A DNA stretch of 64,000 nucleotides from Candidatus Omnitrophota bacterium. GTDB lineage: Bacteria; Omnitrophota; Gorgyraeia; B26-G9. This document shows, piece by piece, positions 60,691-64,000 of this stretch (position 1 is the first letter of the stretch; every line of letters starts with the position of its first letter). The position numbers were made by a program, and so were the translations under genes. The DNA is taken from positions 37,478 to 101,477 of the forward strand of contig JAZDHZ010000034.1 in the NCBI GenBank assembly GCA_043805415.1. Reading direction: 5' to 3'. The notes under the pieces were generated by a model. The model was not told where the DNA came from and ran no database searches. It was given only the letters and a program-made list of their open reading frames with translations.

Positions 60691-60763
60691 TAATTTGTGT
60701 AAATTTATAAAAAATCACTTTAGCTAACTGGAGTGCGCGCGCAAATGGAGTTCAACCCAGTAG

Positions 60764-60778
60764 CTGAGCTCAAACGTT
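60764..60778 (+). promoter_or_regulatory. conserved upstream motif CTGAGCTCAAACGTT
   Basis: It lies 45 nt upstream of the ATG at 60823. Confidence 0.55.
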
Positions 60779-60822
60779 CGGCGCGCAATAAGCATGAAAT
60801 GTCTTTGCGGTGCTAAAAGGAT

Positions 60823-61974
60823 ATGAGTATGAAAAGTATCTGTAGGTCGGGAACAGTCTGTTTATTGCTGGGTGTTTTTCTTTTTTTCAACATTTCTGAG
60901 CTAAGAGCAGAAGCACCCCAGCCCTTGTTCAATGTCGGCTATCAGGTTCTTGATCTCAAATATATAAAGGACAATCAGGAGCAAAGTCTTACTGTGGCTG
61001 TCTGGTATCCGACTGCGCAACAGCCAAAGACATACAACTACGGCGGGCCAACAAACGGCAATGTTGCTGTAGACGCAACACCTTATGCCAAAGCCGGACC
61101 ATATCCTTTATTGGTGTTTTCGCACGGGTTCGGGGGCAGTGGACTTGGCTCTATGTTTTTCACTGAGACTCTTGCTGCTCTTGGCTGGATTGTCGCCTGC
61201 CCGGATCACCATGACAAATATTCAGCTGTCCGCATCCGGACCGGACAAAATCAAAACCTCGACCGATTGGGGTTTATGAAGCAAGGCAAAGAGATAGCAT
61301 CTTCCGGCCCTGAAGACCGCGGCAAGTATTTTTACCGCCTGGATGAGATGAAGCTTGTGCTGGACGGCATGCAGGCTTCCGGCATATTCGGGCAATTGAT
61401 TGACCCAGACCGGATTGCTGTGGGCGGACATTCTTTTGGCGGATTCACGGCCTTGGGACTCTGCGGGACGATTAAGGAACGCCGCGATCTTCGTATTAAG
61501 GCTTTGCTGTTGTTTTCAACCGGTGCCGGGGGGTATCTTTACACAGAAGAGGAACTTAGCGCAGTGCGGATTCCCTGTATGCTGTTTATGGGTCAAAGAG
61601 AAGAAAAACAAAGCCGCGGCTCCCACAAAATGTCGGAGCTGTCAGCTAAGATATTTGAAAATTTATCCGGGCCGAAGTACTTCCTGGAAGTAAAGGGAGC
61701 CAGCCATTTTTCGTTTAATAATTGTTTTGCAAAAAATTTGCGGACAAAACTGCTGAGTGGCACGAAAAAGCAGTTTGAAGTTATTAGAAAATACTCGATT
61801 GCTTTTTTGGAAGAGTATATTGCAGAAAGAAAAGACTTTGGTCATTTGCTGGAACAGCGTGACCCGCTGCTTACACGCTATCTCAGGGAGCCTGTTTTAG
61901 ACGCATCCAAACAAGGTTTGGCGGACGATACCCAACCAGACGTTTCAGCGGACGAGGACAAGCCGCGTGACTAA
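60823..61974 (+). CDS. secreted alpha/beta hydrolase (dienelactone hydrolase / PAF-acetylhydrolase / PETase-like)
   Basis: It has a signal peptide, FSHGFGGSG and the nucleophile elbow GGHSFGG. Confidence 0.55.
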   Translation: MSMKSICRSGTVCLLLGVFLFFNISELRAEAPQPLFNVGYQVLDLKYIKDNQEQSLTVAVWYPTAQQPKTYNYGGPTNGNVAVDATPYAKAGPYPLLVFSHGFGGSGLGSMFFTETLAALGWIVACPDHHDKYSAVRIRTGQNQNLDRLGFMKQGKEIASSGPEDRGKYFYRLDEMKLVLDGMQASGIFGQLIDPDRIAVGGHSFGGFTALGLCGTIKERRDLRIKALLLFSTGAGGYLYTEEELSAVRIPCMLFMGQREEKQSRGSHKMSELSAKIFENLSGPKYFLEVKGASHFSFNNCFAKNLRTKLLSGTKKQFEVIRKYSIAFLEEYIAERKDFGHLLEQRDPLLTRYLREPVLDASKQGLADDTQPDVSADEDKPRD

Positions 61975-62006
61975 ACTTCACGTTAACAGAATAAATAAGG
62001 AGAAAA

Positions 62007-63206
62007 GTGGAAAAATTAAAGTTTGGAGCTTTGATTGAAAAAAGTATAGCCAGGACAAAGCAGATGCTGCTAAAGCCCTTTTCTTTTAGGAAATGGATGT
62101 GGCTGCTGTTTATCGCGTATATGGCAGGAGCCATGAGCGGAGGAACAAACCTTAATTATAATTTTAGTGGAAACAATAGTTCTGATCAGACTCAAACCGT
62201 ATCAGAGTCCGAAGACATTGCGAAAGATCCGGATCAGGCAGAGCCTAATGATGAGCCAGAATCCAAGCAGGCAACTGAAACAGATATATTTATTAGATTT
62301 GTGGCAGATAAGGATTTTAAGGCTAAAGAATTCTTCGCGGAACTTAAAAAAAAGGCAGTATCTGAAGAATTTAGACATTTTCTTTTGCCGATTGCCATCG
62401 GTGTATTTGTTTTGTTTGGGATTATAATTATTTTTACCTGGTTATACAGCAGGTTTTTATTTATCTGGTTTGAAGCTATTGTTAAAGATCAGACGGCGAT
62501 TAAAGAGCCTTTTAAGCGGTATAAGCAACAGGGTTCATCAATTTTTAAAGTATCCATCTTGATGATGTTTTTTGGGCTGATTCTCTTTGGGCTTATTGTT
62601 TTATGGATGCTTAGTATATTAAGAAGCACTGGAGTTTGCGCTGATTTTAATAACCTTAATTTTAAAGAAGTCCTTAAAGTATTGCAAGTTCCCTTAATTA
62701 CTCTTTTGGGTTGGTTTATTTTTTCTAATTTATGGGATTTTTTCCTTTCTAAGTTTATAGTTGTTTTCATGGCAGTAAAGCAAACGACTTTCTGGCCTGG
62801 GTTCAGGGAACTTATCAGAGTTCTGAGCGAACATAAAAAAGATATGTTTTTCTTTATTTTGATGTCTATTCTGCTGGGAATAGCAGTGTGGATTATATAT
62901 ATAGTAGTATTTTTAGCGGGTATTTTAATATCATTATTAATCGGGGGAGTTTGCTTGGGACTTATATATTTCATAATTGTGTTTTTGCTGAAATTAAAGG
63001 TTCTGTTTAATGTCTTAGCAATTATTTTTGCTGTGTGTTTTGCTGTATGCGTAGTTTTATTTATTACTTGTATCGGTTTGCCGTTTGCTGTGTTTTTTAA
63101 GAATTTCTTATTATATTTTATTTCAAATTTAAACTGCGGGTATACGCCAATTCCTTTGATTGAAGAGCCGGATGAGGCAAAACCGGAAAACAAAGAAGCA
63201 ATCTAA
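62007..63206 (+). CDS. polytopic membrane protein with acidic N-terminal linker
   Basis: It has a GTG start with an AAGGAG RBS and at least six hydrophobic helices in the C-terminal half. An antisense 234-aa ORF on the opposite strand was judged spurious. Confidence 0.4.
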   Translation: MEKLKFGALIEKSIARTKQMLLKPFSFRKWMWLLFIAYMAGAMSGGTNLNYNFSGNNSSDQTQTVSESEDIAKDPDQAEPNDEPESKQATETDIFIRFVADKDFKAKEFFAELKKKAVSEEFRHFLLPIAIGVFVLFGIIIIFTWLYSRFLFIWFEAIVKDQTAIKEPFKRYKQQGSSIFKVSILMMFFGLILFGLIVLWMLSILRSTGVCADFNNLNFKEVLKVLQVPLITLLGWFIFSNLWDFFLSKFIVVFMAVKQTTFWPGFRELIRVLSEHKKDMFFFILMSILLGIAVWIIYIVVFLAGILISLLIGGVCLGLIYFIIVFLLKLKVLFNVLAIIFAVCFAVCVVLFITCIGLPFAVFFKNFLLYFISNLNCGYTPIPLIEEPDEAKPENKEAI

Positions 63207-63256
63207 AAGATTAGCTGGCTAGTGACTGCGCGCGGAAGAAGCCAAGATAAATATTC

Positions 63257-63272
63257 GCGCTCAAGTGTTATG
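63257..63272 (+). promoter_or_regulatory. degenerate copy of the upstream motif (CGCGCTCAAGTGTTATG)
   Basis: It lies 25 nt upstream of the ATG at 63298. Confidence 0.4.
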
Positions 63273-63297
63273 TAAAAAAACTAAAAAAGGAAACAGA

Positions 63298-64000
63298 ATG
63301 CGGAAAATATTATTTACAATTATTTTATTACTATTTTCAGTTAATTCCTATGCGGAAAACACTTCAAAAGAGGATGACTATATTTATCCGGTAAATAGTA
63401 TGTATAAACAAGCGGTTCAAAATACTATTCAAGCCGCAATCCAAGAGCAAGGAGAAGTTCATACTGCTTTAAATGAGATTTTAGCATCAAGGTGGGCAGA
63501 TAATCAGTTGGTGTTTGACGCGATCAATAATAATAAACAGGCGATTAATCTGTTTAAACAAGCGGCATTGCAGGAAAGTAATCAGGCGATGTTTACGCAA
63601 AGACCAAAAGAGATCACATTTGATATGCCGATGTCGAGTTGCTCTAAAGAAATGCTGCTTTTTAAATTAGTGCTTGCTGAAGGACTTATGTTTGAATCAA
63701 AAGAAGAATATCCTAAAGCAATAGAGAATTATATTGCCGCAATCAGATTTATAATGCACTGTTCGCGGGAGGAATTTAAAACATTGGTTTCGCAGTTAAT
63801 GGAAAGAGCTTATTTTAATAAAGCTTATAATTGTCTTTGTAATACAATTTCAAATGATAAGTTCAACAATAAATATCATCAGGAATTGCTCAAGTATTTG
63901 AATCTGATTTATCAAGAACAGGATTTTTTTGAAAGTGCTTTTAAAACTGAATTGCTTGTTTCTAAAAGTCTGGTGAGAATGATAGGAAAAGAGCATTCAA
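63298..64000 (+). CDS. secreted hypothetical protein, 3' end outside window
   Basis: It has an AAAGGA RBS and a signal peptide (MRKILFTIILLLFSVNSYA). The frame is open to the window edge. Confidence 0.3.
   Translation, partial: MRKILFTIILLLFSVNSYAENTSKEDDYIYPVNSMYKQAVQNTIQAAIQEQGEVHTALNEILASRWADNQLVFDAINNNKQAINLFKQAALQESNQAMFTQRPKEITFDMPMSSCSKEMLLFKLVLAEGLMFESKEEYPKAIENYIAAIRFIMHCSREEFKTLVSQLMERAYFNKAYNCLCNTISNDKFNNKYHQELLKYLNLIYQEQDFFESAFKTELLVSKSLVRMIGKEHS

Noticed and set aside
62489-63193. 234-aa minus-strand ORF
   Set aside because: It is antisense to the 399-aa membrane-protein gene, which has a strong RBS and coherent TM helices. The Lys/Asn-rich composition is typical of a shadow ORF in AT-rich DNA.
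47233-64000. Calling the array a bona fide integron
   Set aside because: No integrase or attI lies in the window. The conserved core AAACGTTAT does not fit the canonical GTTRRRY / RYYYAAC attC core pair. Some spacers (e.g. 59743-59805) are too short for a typical attC. It is kept only as a hypothesis.

Overview
This is an AT-rich bacterial window. The gene content points to a diderm, fermentative anaerobe, possibly an uncultivated lineage, judging by the TonB/ExbBD system, LPS heptosyltransferase, T2SS-like pseudopilins, Bcd-EtfAB and Pta-AckA. The first ~47 kb is ordinary core genome, almost all on the + strand. It carries glycogen genes (GH57-associated protein, malQ), hflX, the heat-shock operon hrcA-grpE-dnaK-dnaJ with a perfect CIRCE operator, greA, uvrA and a TPR/OMP/ExbB/ExbD/TonB block. 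It also carries a pseudopilin cluster, rsmD, coaD, pta-ackA, yceD-rpmF-plsX-fabD-fabG-acpP-fabF and an acyl-CoA dehydrogenase with etfB and etfA. Two core genes, dnaK and exbD, are each broken by a single-base indel in a homopolymer run. From the etfA terminator at ~47.3 kb to the window end the character changes. At least 15 co-oriented, mostly uncharacterised genes follow: an RDD membrane protein, several secreted proteins, a small Cys-containing protein, a PaaK-like adenylating enzyme, a PH-domain/zinc-ribbon membrane protein, a secreted alpha/beta hydrolase and polytopic membrane proteins. The treZ-treY trehalose operon is embedded among them. These genes are separated by spacers built from several families of short repeats: GGGGACGGTTCC, palindromic GGGGTCAAGTCT, a 45-bp perfect direct repeat and a 127-bp perfect direct repeat pair that brackets a 3' remnant of the DNA glycosylase gene tag plus treZ-treY. 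A ~20-bp motif (YCTGNNTGAGCTCAAACGTTAT) sits 25-55 bp upstream of start codons and is confined to this region. This cassette-like accessory array, with no recombinase visible in the window, is the most interesting part. Elsewhere the genome has distinctive degenerate 'three-frame stop' repeats after several genes and short tandem repeats in promoter regions. No rRNA, tRNA or CRISPR was recognised.
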